Shown here: piece after piece, positions 1-10,971 of the stretch | Numbering within the stretch: position 1 is the stretch's first letter | Layout of the letters: each line of letters starts with the position of its first letter | DNA from: Eledone cirrhosa | Taxonomy: Eukaryota | Reading direction: 5' to 3' | Assembly: GCA_964016885.1 (NCBI GenBank) | Contig: OZ024744.1 | Span: 9,796,001 to 9,860,000, forward strand | Length of the DNA: 64,000 nucleotides | The notes under the pieces: model-generated | Database searches by the model: none | What the model was told of the DNA's origin: nothing | The model's input: only the letters and a program-made list of their open reading frames with translations | Translations under genes and position numbers: made by a program

Positions 1-632
1 AGTTTTATTTTCATATGTAAACTCCCCATTTGTATTTGTCCCCTTCTTTTGTGCCCTTGTGGCTAATAAAGAAATTTATCTATTTATCTCTCCGGACAAC
101 AACCCATTCCCTTCTTTAGGTACCACTTTAGAAGGAGAATTAGAGTGGAGAGAGAGGTACTGCACCCCAGTAAATTTACTGAAAGCTGGGTGAATGTAGC
201 AAAAATGGCCCGAGTGATTGGACCTTCTCTCTTTATAAGCCTGTTGGTTAAAGAAGAGAGCAAAAGGAAGAAAGGAGCACTTGCATAACACGCTCCTGAA
301 GTTGAGGGTTGTTCTATCGACGGGGTGTTAAATAACCCATTTGTGGCGCCTCCCCCCCTATTGGGGATTTCGATTGTTATAATTGTTTGTTTCAATATTT
401 TTACACGACTGTATGTAAAATCCCCGGCATGTGTCTTTGTATTGTCCCCTTTTCTTGTGCGCCCTTGTGGCAAATAAAGAAATATATCTATCTGTCTGGA
501 TAACAATTGATTCCCTTCTTTAGGTACCACTTTAGAAGGAGAATCAAAGTGGATAGAGAGGCACTGCACCCCAGTAACTTTACTGAAAGGTGGGTGAATG
601 TAGCAAAAATGGCCCGAGTGATTGGGCCTTCT
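1..632. repeat. Two diverged direct copies (~430 bp apart) of an unclassified repeat unit including a SINE-like 3' end
   Basis: gcccttgtggc(t/a)aataaagaaat...ttcccttctttaggtaccactttagaaggagaat...gggtgaatgtagcaaaaatggcccgagtgattgg occurs at ~38-230 and again at ~445-632. Confidence 0.6.
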
Positions 633-728
633 CTGGAAAGGGCATCCAGCTGTAGAAATCAAGCCAGAATCAGTTCCCGTCCCACCCTTGCAAGCAGGGA
701 AAAGCGGACGTAAAATAAAATGATGATA
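633..728 (+). mobile_element. 3' part of SINE/RTE cassette with RTE-A-type tail
   Basis: aagggcatccagctgtagaaatc...cccacccttgcaagcagggaaaagcggacgtaaa + (atg)n, same as 38386-38478. Confidence 0.8.
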
Positions 729-767
729 CGGGCCTTCCAGTTTCATTTCACATTATATACATGTCTG

Positions 768-1372
768 TCATCATCATCACCGTTTTACGTCCGTTCTTCC
801 ACGCTAGCATGGGTTAGACGGGTTGTCCTGTTGTGGGCAGTGTCTGGTCGGTTGACCTTGTCTTGCTCATACGGGAACTGATTCTGGCTTGATTTCTACA
901 GCTGGATGCCCTTCCTAACACCAACCTCATTTACAGTGAGTACTGGGTGCTTTTTTACCGTGGCACCTCCACGACCACCTTGCAGTGGGGGGATATTGTT
1001 TATATGCTTCAGCTTCAGCTTGTTCCCTTGGGAAGTCGGGTCTTCTGTATTACTGCGTGACGCCAGAGGTTACTGTCATGTGTCATCGCCTTTGAGAGGT
1101 GCAATTGGGCAAGGTCAACTTTTATTACCTCATCCCAGGTCTTCATGGGTCTCCCCACTCTGCAGTTTCCATCGACTTCTAGTGCTCTGCACCTTTTTAT
1201 ACAACAGTCATCCTTCATACGCATCACATGTCCATACCAGCGCAACCGCCTCTCCTGCACACAGCATTTGATTCCTCTTATGCTCAGTCTCTCTCTCAAT
1301 TCATTTATGCTTTGCCGTTCGCGTATATAACTATTACACATCCATCGGAGCATGCAGGCTTCGTTTCTTTCT
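768..1372 (-). mobile_element. 5'-truncated RTE family B LINE (ORF C-terminus, 3' UTR, (ATG)n tail)
   Basis: ORF 1015-1353 MLRWMC...RRLRWYGHVMRM...GRPMKTW is an RTE C-terminus; (cat)n tail at 768-780. Confidence 0.9.
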
Positions 1373-1504
1373 GTGTATATTTTAATTATTAAAAAATTAT
1401 TTTTAAGTGAACGTGTCCCAATGGGTCACGGGTGATTTAGTATATTACTAATAACACATGGTTGTCAATATATGTGTTGTGAATGAATGACAGCTGCATA
1501 AAAA

Positions 1505-1634
1505 AGTGCTGTGCGCTCAAAGTTGTTGGAAGCTTTGGAGTGGGGAGACCTGGGATGAGGTGATAAAAGCCGACCTTACCCAATTGCACCTCTCAAAGGA
1601 GATGACACACGACCGCGACCTCTGGCGTCACGCA
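1505..1634 (+). mobile_element. Short RTE family B fragment
   Basis: Reverse complement of 1055-1190 with deletions. Confidence 0.75.
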
Positions 1635-2189
1635 AAGGATCTATATAGACAAAGGATCTAATATAGACACAAACACATATGTATATAGTCTAACAAAGTT
1701 CTTTCGTTGCACATCTGCAACATCGTCAGTGGTGCTATTATGTTCCACCTGTTGTATTGTATATCTATTGTATATTGAGGACCGAATAAATTAACTGATA
1801 TAAAAGATACAGAAGCGAAAACCAACCAAACAGTGAGTGTGTTCTGTTATTAATTCTGGCAATATTATTACAACATGACCCTCCCCAAGTACAACAATAC
1901 ATGCATCAGTGGCGAAGGGTAACCTGAAAAGCAGGGCATGCAGTCCAATCGCCATGGTGCAGCGATACCCCCCCCCCCCCCCCAATTCCCTCTAAATGAC
2001 CCTCCCGGTCAAAGCCGCATGTAGTGTTATCTAGTGTGTGTGTGTGTTATCTTTTTATGTGTCTACGATTTAGCAAGCAGCCAAAATTCTGCTTGCTTCA
2101 ACCGACGCAATTGATCAACTCAAGATTCTATAACGCATGCACGCACCCTTTGCCCCTGACATTGTGTATAATATCAATATGCACACTGG

Positions 2190-2880
2190 TAGCAGAAAAA
2201 CCACCTGAAGGGATGACAGAGTTCTTTGAGATACTGGCTGGAGTGCTCCAGGGAGATACATTGGCTCCCTACCTTTTTATCATCGTAGTGTACTATTGTA
2301 TGCGCCTTGCACTGGAGAAACACCAGGACTCTGGCTTTACTGTAGCACCGGCTCAGAGCAGGAGAGTTAAGGCGAAAAAGATATCAGATGCTGAATTTGC
2401 CGACGTCATAGTTTTGGTGACAAATACAGTGAAGGAGGCAGAGGATTTGATACGGGAGGTTGAGACAGTGTCGTTGAGTGTCGGGCTGAGAATGAATGAG
2501 ACCAAAACAAAATATCTGGTAGAGAATGTTGAGAAGCCAGAGGGGATCACTAATGTAGGCGGAAAGCCGCTAGAATTAGTTGAAGACTTCCTGTATTTGG
2601 GAGCAAAGATTGGGAATACAGAAGATGATGTGGTTGAGAGGAAGAGCAAAGCCTGGGTGGCGTGCCACAGCTTGAGATTGGTGGGGAAGTCGGACCTTCG
2701 TAAAGACCTGAAGATCCACCTCTTCATTGCTGTAGTGGAGTCTGTGCTGCTGTATGGGTCTGAGACTTGGACACTGACCAAGAAACTCACTCAGATGGTG
2801 GATGGGTGCTACACGAGAATGCTGAGGATGGCTCTGAACATTAATCAGTATACACTGAGGTTGAAAAACTCAGAGCTGTA
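2190..2880 (+). pseudogene. Non-LTR reverse transcriptase fragment (RTE-like, distinct family lacking the PHD insert)
   Basis: GVLQGDTLAPYLF, EFADVI (degenerate YADD), FLYLG, LLYGSETW in ORF 2024-2881. Confidence 0.9.
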
Positions 2881-3220
2881 ATGGACTATAGCTGTTGCTA
2901 GTGTTGTTGTTATTGTCACTGCTACTGTGGTTGCCTTCCTCTTAATGGTATAGCAGCACACATTTCTATTTAGCTCTGTACTAGCTTATCTCTTTATCTT
3001 CAGACAGTAAAACATCTAGTTATTTAGCTCCACATGCCTGCTGCCTGCTGTCTGTCTGCCTGACTGTGTGTCTGTATGTCTGTGTCTATAGCTGTTCTCT
3101 CTGTCACTGTCTGTCTATCTATCTGCCTGTATCTCTTTCCATCTATAGTTAGCTAATGTATGCATACCTCGTCTACAATACAAAGCTGTACATTAATAAT
3201 ATAACTTAATGTATTTAAGA

Positions 3221-3800
3221 CTAGTCAACAGAATTCGTAGTATAATTTGCTTGTCTCCCCACAGCCCTGGCGGACAGAATGGAGAAGGTGTTTCCCACGG
3301 AGGACGGCGAGGGGGGCGCGCTGGAAAAGCCCTCCAACTCGAGGGGCTCACACCTACAGCTGGCCAGCTCAGCGCCTATGGTGGTGAGTAAGGAGGTAGC
3401 CCTGGGGCCGAGGACACCAGAAGTCTCCACTTCCAGGGGTACGACTACAAACTTGTCGGAGAGCAACCGGTATTTGAGGAGTTTGGCCCCCTCAGCCTGA
3501 CGTGCAGCAGAACCTGGGCCAGTCGCAGACTGCACCAGGTTGCGGCTGCAGAAAGTGTTGGTGCAAGTGGCATCCCAGACGAGGGTTTGCCACCGCGGAA
3601 AGGGAAGATGGTCATGCCATCTGGCCTTTTGACGTCCCCTCGAGCTGGGAAGGGAAGCCTGCAGCGTCCAAGCCATGCTTAATGATCTCGTTGAGGGCAG
3701 CATGGCGTGGAGTGCGGCCGGCACTGTGGCGACTGGAAAGCGGGTGGAGGCCGAAAGAGTCCACGGTGGATCCACAGCGACATTGGTGTGGATCCACCAT
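3221..3800 (-). mobile_element. CRE-type non-LTR retrotransposon 3' fragment (CCHC knuckle + restriction-like endonuclease), frameshifted
   Basis: HQCRCGSTVDSFGLHPLS...RHAALNE, LVWDATC, AEGAKLLKY, PLEVETSG across ORFs 3612-3842 and 3221-3775. Confidence 0.8.
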
Positions 3801-3805
3801 TTTAA

Positions 3806-4642
3806 GAGAATATCTCAGTAGAAGTCGCATTGATAGACACACTTTTCAAATGCAGGCGGGCGCTATAGAAGTGGTGGATAGCTTCCGGTACCTAGGAGAT
3901 CAGATTAGCATGGGGGGGGGGGTGTTCTGAGGCCAAAGTATCTAGAATAAGGACGGGTTGGAAGAAGTTTAGGGAGCTGCTTCCTCTGTTGATGAAGAAG
4001 GGTTTCTCCCTGCGTACGAAAGGCCGGTTATATGATGCCTGTGTGAGGAGCGCGATGCTGCATGGTAGTGAGACATGGGCAGCAACCGCAGAGGATATGC
4101 GACGGCTGGAGAGAAATGAGGCAAGCATGCTCTGTTGGATGTGCGTGAACGACCCAGCATGAATGTGTTGAGAGAGAAACTGTGTCTGAGAGGGATAGAA
4201 TGTAGTGTACAGGAGAGGAGACTGAGGTGGTATGGACATGTGATGTGTTGAGAGAGAAACTGTGTCTGAGAGGGATAGAATGTAGTGTACGGGAGAGGAA
4301 ACTGAGGTGGTATGGACATGTGATGTGTTGAGAGAGAAACTGTGTCTGAGAGGGATAGAATGTAGTGTACGGGAGAGGAAACTGAGGTGGTATGGACATG
4401 TGATGTACATGGAGGATGACCGATGGGTAAAGAAGTGCCAGGAAATGCCAGTTGAAGGAAGACGTAGTACAGGTAGGCCACGAAAAACATGGGCGAAGGT
4501 GGTGAGAACAGACCTCAGATCACTGAAGCTCACGGTGGAGATGACAAAGGACCGTGACAAGTGGAGAGATGCTGTGCTAAATAAGACCCGTCCCACCCTT
4601 GCAAGCAGGGAACAGCGGACGTAAAATGATGATGATGATGAT
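3806..4642 (+). mobile_element. 5'-truncated RTE family A LINE with internal 80-bp triplication (4163-4406)
   Basis: VDSFRYLGDQI...RLRWYGHV...RPTLASREQRT* then (gat)n tail; units start at 4163, 4243, 4323. Confidence 0.92.
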
Positions 4643-4762
4643 GTAGTAGGTGTGAAGCAAGGCCTTATGATATGTCACAGCCTCCATTATGGCAGCTTTT
4701 ACAGAAATTTAAAGATAATTTAGCTGCTATTTCTAGCATAAACTAGATACTCTTTACGGTGA

Positions 4763-4942
4763 ATTGGCAGTATCAGTAGAGGGTTGGATGCCATGCTTTC
4801 CAGCATAGTTACGTCCCTTTACAGTCTGAGTTCAAATCCCGCCGATGTTAACTTTGCCTTTCATCCTTACGGGGTCGATAAAAAAAAGTACCAGTAATGT
4901 ACTGGGTAATTGCTGGCCTTGTGCCTAAAGTAGAAACAATTA
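4763..4942 (+). mobile_element. tRNA-derived SINE, family 2 (Octopus OK-like by recollection)
   Basis: attggcagtatc head, B box gagttcaaatcc, ctttgcctttcatcc body, tagaaacaatt end; other copies at 5173-5278(-), 14009-14125, 27185-27367(-), 39508-39695, 41766-41865(-), 61287-61404. Confidence 0.8.
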
Positions 4943-5540
4943 TATTACCTCCTCCAAAACAAAATATATATTTAGGTAGTAGTAGGTGTGAAGCAAGGAC
5001 TTATGTGATGTCACAGCTGCCATTATTGCAGCTTGTACAGGAATTTAAAGATAATTTAGCTGCTATTTCTAGTTAAACTAGAGAGATGCTGTGCTGAGAT
5101 GCGGTCCCACCCTTGCAAGTAAGGAAAAGTGGACATAAAATGATAACTTTAGTCTACAGACAATCTAATCTATAATTGTTTCTACTTTTGGCACAAGGCC
5201 AGCAATTACCCCAGTGAATTACTGGTACTTTATTTTATTGACCCCATAAAGATGAAAGGCAAAGTTAACCTCGGCGGGAAAGGTAGGTCTGCGGGATTGT
5301 GTACGGTTTATTTTTTTTAATCCCGTTTGTAAAATAAGTTGGATTACTTTGAATAAATAATGAATGAATATTACATAATTTATCTACTAAATTTTGGGGC
5401 TGTTGATAAAATATGTTTTGTTTTTTTAAAGATTCACTTCTTTAAAATTTCTGAAATGTCAACACTTCCAGTGGCGATCGCTAAAATAAACATACTAAAT
5501 TTTCCGTCACTAATTTTCTCCTAATGCAGTTTATATATAA

Positions 5541-6438
5541 CTAGCAGCAGTTGCCTGGGTAGGTAAAATAATATCTGCTTTGATGAAAAGGTGTTGATCT
5601 TAGAGACTGCGAGTTTCTTGAAAATCGGTCGTAAGGTGTAGCAAATGGCGAAAGGTTGAGTGAAATCGTATGGAATATGTGGGAGGTGGAAAAAATTGTA
5701 TTTTGAAGAGTTAAACGGCTGCCACGCCGTCCCAGAACAAAAAATGCAAGTGTAAAGCTACTATAAGATGTGCAATGAAAGTTTCTATCGTAGTATAAAA
5801 GTTGAACCAAATAAATTGATTTATGTGTGAGGTGGAGCCGAAGTTTCGAATTTAAATGAAATCGGTTGAAAAATGTGGGAGCTAGAAATGAAAAGGCAGA
5901 AATTTGAGCGAAAAGGTGGTATTTTTGAATATTTAAGCAGCTGCCATGCCGTTCCTCAACAAAAAATCCAAAATGTAAAGCCACGTTAAGACGTGAAATA
6001 ATCAGATCTAGTGTAGTGTAAAATTTGAACAAAGTAGATTGATTAATGTGGGAGCTAGAGCCGAAAAAGTGGAAATTTTAGTCTAAAAGTGGTATTTTTG
6101 AATATTTAAGAGGCTGCCACGCCGTCCCTGAACAACAAATGCAAAATATAAAACCATTACAGGATGTGCAATGATAAATTCTATTTTGCTTTAAAATTAG
6201 AACGAAATCAGTGGCAAAATGTGGGAGCTAGAGCCAAAAATCTTATTTTTTGATACCTAAAAAAGGTGCCCCCCCCCCTATCAATTTTTATCTCAGAATG
6301 ACCCCGGAATAAAAAAAATGATACGCTGATATATAGAAAACACTCCCCGATGACTAATCTATGAACCTGTAAAGTTTCATGAAAATTGGTCGTAAGATGT
6401 AGGCCCCTATAGGTAATACACAGACACACAGACACATA
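5541..6438 (-). mobile_element. Non-autonomous Helitron-like element
   Basis: Minus-strand 3' end ...cccaggcaactgctgctag; homologous to 38479-39039 on the opposite strand; internal imperfect repeats. Confidence 0.65.
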
Positions 6439-6770
6439 CTAGCAGAAAACCACCCGAGGAGTGGTTTTTCTGCTAGCATGTGTAGTGTGTATATTGATAT
6501 TATATACAAATAAAATCGTAATTGCAACTGACAATGGATGACAGTCAACGGAACAATACAAGTATTTATACTGGTATTTCTTAAATAGGTTTACTTACAT
6601 CCCATTGTTATCTTTTTTTTCTAACCTTTCACCAATAAAGACAAAATCTTTGATAATAAGTCATTTGTTTAGTTTGTAATCTTAAGATCTATCGTACAAG
6701 AAACAAAAGAAAACAAGTGTAAAAGAAGTGTTTGGCTTAGTTGAATACCTGCTAATAAGGCTTTTTATAA

Positions 6771-9700
6771 TCATCATCATCGTCATCATTTTACGTCCGC
6801 TTTTCCCTGCTTGCAAGGGTGGGACGGGTCTTATTCAGCACAGCATCTCTCCACTCGTCATGGTCCCTCGTCATCTCCACCGTGAGCTTCAATGATCTGA
6901 GGTCTGTTCTCACCACCTCCGCCCATGTTTTTCGTGGTCTACCTCTACCACGTCTTCCTTCAACTGGCATTTCCTGGTACTTCTTCACCCATCGGTTATC
7001 CTCCATGCGCATCACATGTCCATACCACCTCAGTCTCCTCTCCTGTACACTACATTCTATCCCTCTCAGACGCAGTTTCTCTCTCAACACATTTATGCTG
7101 GGTCGTTCACGCACATTTACACTGCACATCCAACGGAGCATGCTTGCCTCATTTCTCTCCAGCCGTTGCATATCCTCTGCGGTTGCTGCCCATGTCTCAC
7201 TACCATGCAGCATCGCGCTCCTCACACAGGCATCATACAACCGGCCTTTCGTACGCAGGGAGAAACCCTTCTTCGTCAACAGAGGAAGCAGCTCCCTAAA
7301 CTTCTTCCAACCCATCCTTATTCTAGATACTATGGCCTCGGAACACCCTCCTCCCATGCTAATCTGATCTCCTAGGTACCGGAAGCTATCCACCACTTCT
7401 ATAGCGCCCTCTCGCATTTGAAAAATCTGTCTATCAGTGCGACTTCTACTGTCTAATTTCCCTGTACATCTACTGCATACATATTTCTCCCTACCTGTTA
7501 GTTTGCCTGCTATCCCGCTACATCTCTTGTGTACCCGGGACCTGCATTGTGTGTATTTTATAGAATTTATGCCAGTTCCTTTTCTGCATATCGAACATGG
7601 CCATTTCCCTGACGGAATCAGGGTTTTGTCCTCTTTTCTACTCATCAACACTTTTGTCTTAGCTAGATTTACTCTCAGTCCTCTTGCTTCCAACTGCTGT
7701 TTCCATAGTCGGAATTTATTCTCTAGCTCTTCTACTGATTCTGCTATAAGAGCCAGATCATCAGCATAGAGAAGTTCCCATGGACAGCCAGTCTTAAACT
7801 CCTCTATTATGGCTTGGAGGACTATAATGAACAAGAGCGGGCTGAGGACCGAACCCTGATGTACTCCTACTTGTATCTGGAATTCCTCACTAAACTCCAT
7901 TCCTACCCTGACTTTACTCAGAGTACCTCTGTACAAAGTTTGCACTGTCCTCACAAGCCATTCCTCAACACCTAGCTTCCTTAGGGACCACCAAATGACA
8001 GATCGGGGTACCCTATCAAAGGCCTTCTCTAGGTCAACAAAGGCTAAGTATAGTGGCTTCTCTAAGAACCTCTCTTGCATTTGTCTCACCAAGAAGAGGG
8101 CATCTGTTGTACTCTTGCCAGGCACAAAACCAAACTGCATCTCATCTAGTTTGACCCTTTCTCTAATTAGTTGTGCTAAAATCCTTTCTGCTACTTTCAT
8201 AACCTGATCTATCAGTTTTATACCCCTATAATTGCTCCTCTCCAAAGCATCCCCTTTACCTTTGTAGCAATTTATGAGAATACTGCTGCACCAGTCTTTG
8301 GGTATGACACCACCATATATAGCCTGATTGATGATGCGTGCAACCAGTTTAGTGCCTACGTCCCCTGATGCCTTCAGCATCTCAGCAACTATTCCCGATG
8401 GTCCGGCCGCCTTACCATTTTTCATTTCCCTAATCGCCTCTTGGACCCTATATTCGTCAATCTCAATAGCTGGTCCCTCTGTCGGATCTACCAAGGGTAA
8501 TTTCTCTCTCTCCCATTCGTTCTCCACATTCTTCAGTCTCTCATAATGACATTTCCAGGCCTCCTTTTTCTGGTCATTCGTGACACTAAGTACACCGGCA
8601 TCATCCCGGACACATTTATCTCCAACAACATCCTGATTTGCATTGACACACTGCCTTGCAATGTGGAACACCGCACGCCTCTGATCTTCCCGTCGCAGAA
8701 CATTGGCAAACCTCCTACTCTCTGCCTCTCTGCGTGCTAAGTACACCTGATGTCTAGCTTCTCTCTTAGTGGCTGTATATTCTTCCCTACTCCCACCCTT
8801 TTTCCAAGCCTTCCATGCTAGTCTTTTGTCTCTAATAGCCTTATCTACTGTGCTGTTTCACCACCAGGTCACTCTCTGTCTGGTTGGAGCTCTGCTCCAG
8901 CCACAGGTTTCATCAGTAGCCTGCAGCAAGTTGTCACGTAAGAACTTCCAGTTACTATCTATGTCATACGTCTCTAAATCGTCTTCTTTTTCGTCATATA
9001 CATCTTGAAGGGCTTTCCTAAATTTGTATTTTAGTGAAAGGTCTTTTAGCTTCCAGACCTTTCTTCTCCACACCTTCCTATATGTCTCATTCCATCTCTT
9101 GCTTACTGAGATATCACTAACAACTAACCTATGCTGTGGGGTACATTCTTCCCCAGGGTATGCCTTGGTATTAGACACTATCTGCCTGTCCCGCTGCCTA
9201 ACTAGCAGGAAGTCAATCTGGCTTATGTGCTCACCAGATTTGTAGGTTATTAGGTGATTGGCAGGTTTCTGGAAGTTTGTGTTGCAAATAGTCAATGTAC
9301 TCGCATCACAAAATTCAAGAAATCTCACTCCTTCTTCATTTCTTGAACCGTAACCGTGCCCACCATGTACCCCAGTGTAACCATCCTGGAGCTGTCCAAC
9401 ATGACCATTGAAGTCTCCTGCTAGCATAACGATGTCTCCGTCTTCTGTCATTGTGGTTGTTTGTAAAAGTTGCTCATAAAAGCAGTCTTTCTCATCTTTG
9501 CCTAGGCCTGCTTGGGGAGCATAGACCGAGATGATTGTCAGTAGTCTCCTACCTACAACTAATCTAAGCTTAATTATTCGATTACTAACTCGAACTACCT
9601 CTATTGTCTTATTGATCCATTTCTCAGCCAGGAAAATGCCTACTCCCCCTAACCCATCATCCTTACCTACCCAGAATAGCTTATAGCTAAGACGCTTGCC

Positions 9701-9947
9701 TACGACTAGTCTCGCAGAGGCACCTCTCCATCTCACCTCTTGCACGCAGCACACATCCACCTGCCTTCTCTCCAGCATCTCCGCTATTTCAGCAGATCTA
9801 CCTCTGAGAGTGTCAACATTAAGTGTTGCAACTCTGAGATGCGACGTCTTCATATTTTGTTGTTGTTCCTATGCTGTTTTGTTGCTGTGCTGATAAAGCG
9901 CTTTGGCATTGATACACTGGTTGGATGCCCTTTCTAACACCAGCGAA
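6771..9947 (-). mobile_element. Full-length RTE family A LINE, copy 1
   Basis: ~95-nt 5' UTR abutting (TA)n at 9948, single APE-RT reading frame, (cat)n tail at 6771-6789. Confidence 0.96.
6791..9853 (-). pseudogene. RTE-A polyprotein: APE endonuclease - RT - PHD finger - C-terminal domain; one in-frame TGA at 8858-8860
   Basis: ORFs 8858-9853 (ATLNV, QEVRW, GDFNGH, IDFLL, QHRLV) and 6791-8746 (DLEKAFD, GVHQGS, YADD) share one frame over 3063 nt; copy 2 has TGG at the stop position. Confidence 0.93.
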
Positions 9948-10220
9948 ATATATATATATATATATATATAATATTTAAGATCAAAAGATGGTTAAAAGAA
10001 TTCCATGTATTTTATTATGTGCATTTCAAAAACAAATATCATCATGCAATAACATTTGCGTTTCCGTCAGATAAAATAGGGAGACATGATATGAAGGTTA
10101 AAACACACTTGTGAATAGTGCAGTTTTAAATCAACATATGTTGTCACTATACATGCATCATACAGTCTGCCTTTCATTTTGAGGGAAAATCCTTTTGTAG
10201 CTAGCAGTGGCAGTAGCTCC

Positions 10221-10260
<40 letters not shown>

Positions 10261-10262
<2 letters not shown>

Positions 10263-10971
10263 CGAAGGAAATGTGGTAAGGAACCAGGTGGACCATAACG
10301 CACCAAAGTACTCAATACTTAGGGTAGTAGAGTGGGTAATAGGAACAAGTAGGATCTCGACGGCTGAGCTCAAGCCGTTTCGACGGCTAATTCTGGACTA
10401 ATTTAGTCCAGAATTAGCCGTCGAAACGGCTTGACCTCAGCCGTCGGGGTCCTACTTGTTCCTATATATATATATATATATATCCTTCATCAGAAGAAAG
10501 AATGAGAAATAAAATAGATTGAGGGGACGGGCAGGATGTTGACATCTCTTGCAAAACTGTTGGTGCTGGCGTTTTGTGTATGATTTATATTTTAGAAAAG
10601 TGGATGATGTAGCACATCTACCTGAAAGGGAAAATAAACGTTTTGTAAAAAGAGCTATACTTGTGCACGTGTGTGAGTGTGTGTTGTTATACATCCGTAC
10701 GAAGCTAAGAAGAAATGTGTGTGTATATGTGAGTAAAAGAGTGTGTGTGCATGTAAGTACAAAGCTAAGAGCAACAGTATGTTAATATAAGGGTGTGTAT
10801 GTATAGAGAGCAGTGAAGGGAAAAGTGGAGTGAGCATATATAGTCGGCCTGTATTAGTTGTAACAGAAGACGTTAATGATCAAGAGAAAGCGATAGGAAT
10901 CTAAGGGTGTGATAATGGACCGGTATTAGAGAAATTGGGGAGGTGAGTTGAGTCCAAGAGGGGAACAGACC
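10261..10971 (-). mobile_element. Penelope-like element 3' fragment (pseudo-LTR with hammerhead motifs), copy 1
   Basis: Near-identical to 58933-59644; minus-strand CTGATGA at 10493-10487 and GAAACGGC...GCCGTC at ~10381-10359; ends in (AT)n. Confidence 0.65.
10339..10465. repeat. 127-bp near-perfect palindrome (63-bp arms, 1-nt centre at 10402)
   Basis: ataggaacaagtagga...ctggactaa-t-ttagtccag...tcctacttgttcctat; second copy 59011-59137. Confidence 0.95.

Noticed and set aside
2893-3230. Solo LTR (tgttgctagt...actagtcaaca)
   Set aside because: Terminal inverted match exists, but there is no TSD or second copy, and the right end overlaps the CRE fragment.
4643-5080. ~105-bp direct repeats flanking the SINE at 4763 as a long TSD
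   Set aside because: The copies are too diverged and not flush with the SINE ends; more likely fragments of another repeat.
6819-7769. Plus-strand ORFs overlapping the RTE elements (also 55698-56717 and others)
   Set aside because: Antisense shadow frames of the RT ORF with no independent coding evidence.
6791-9853. Strand-biased G-to-A hypermutation of RTE-A copy 1
   Set aside because: Differences from copy 2 that I checked run in both directions and include CpG transitions, consistent with ordinary decay.
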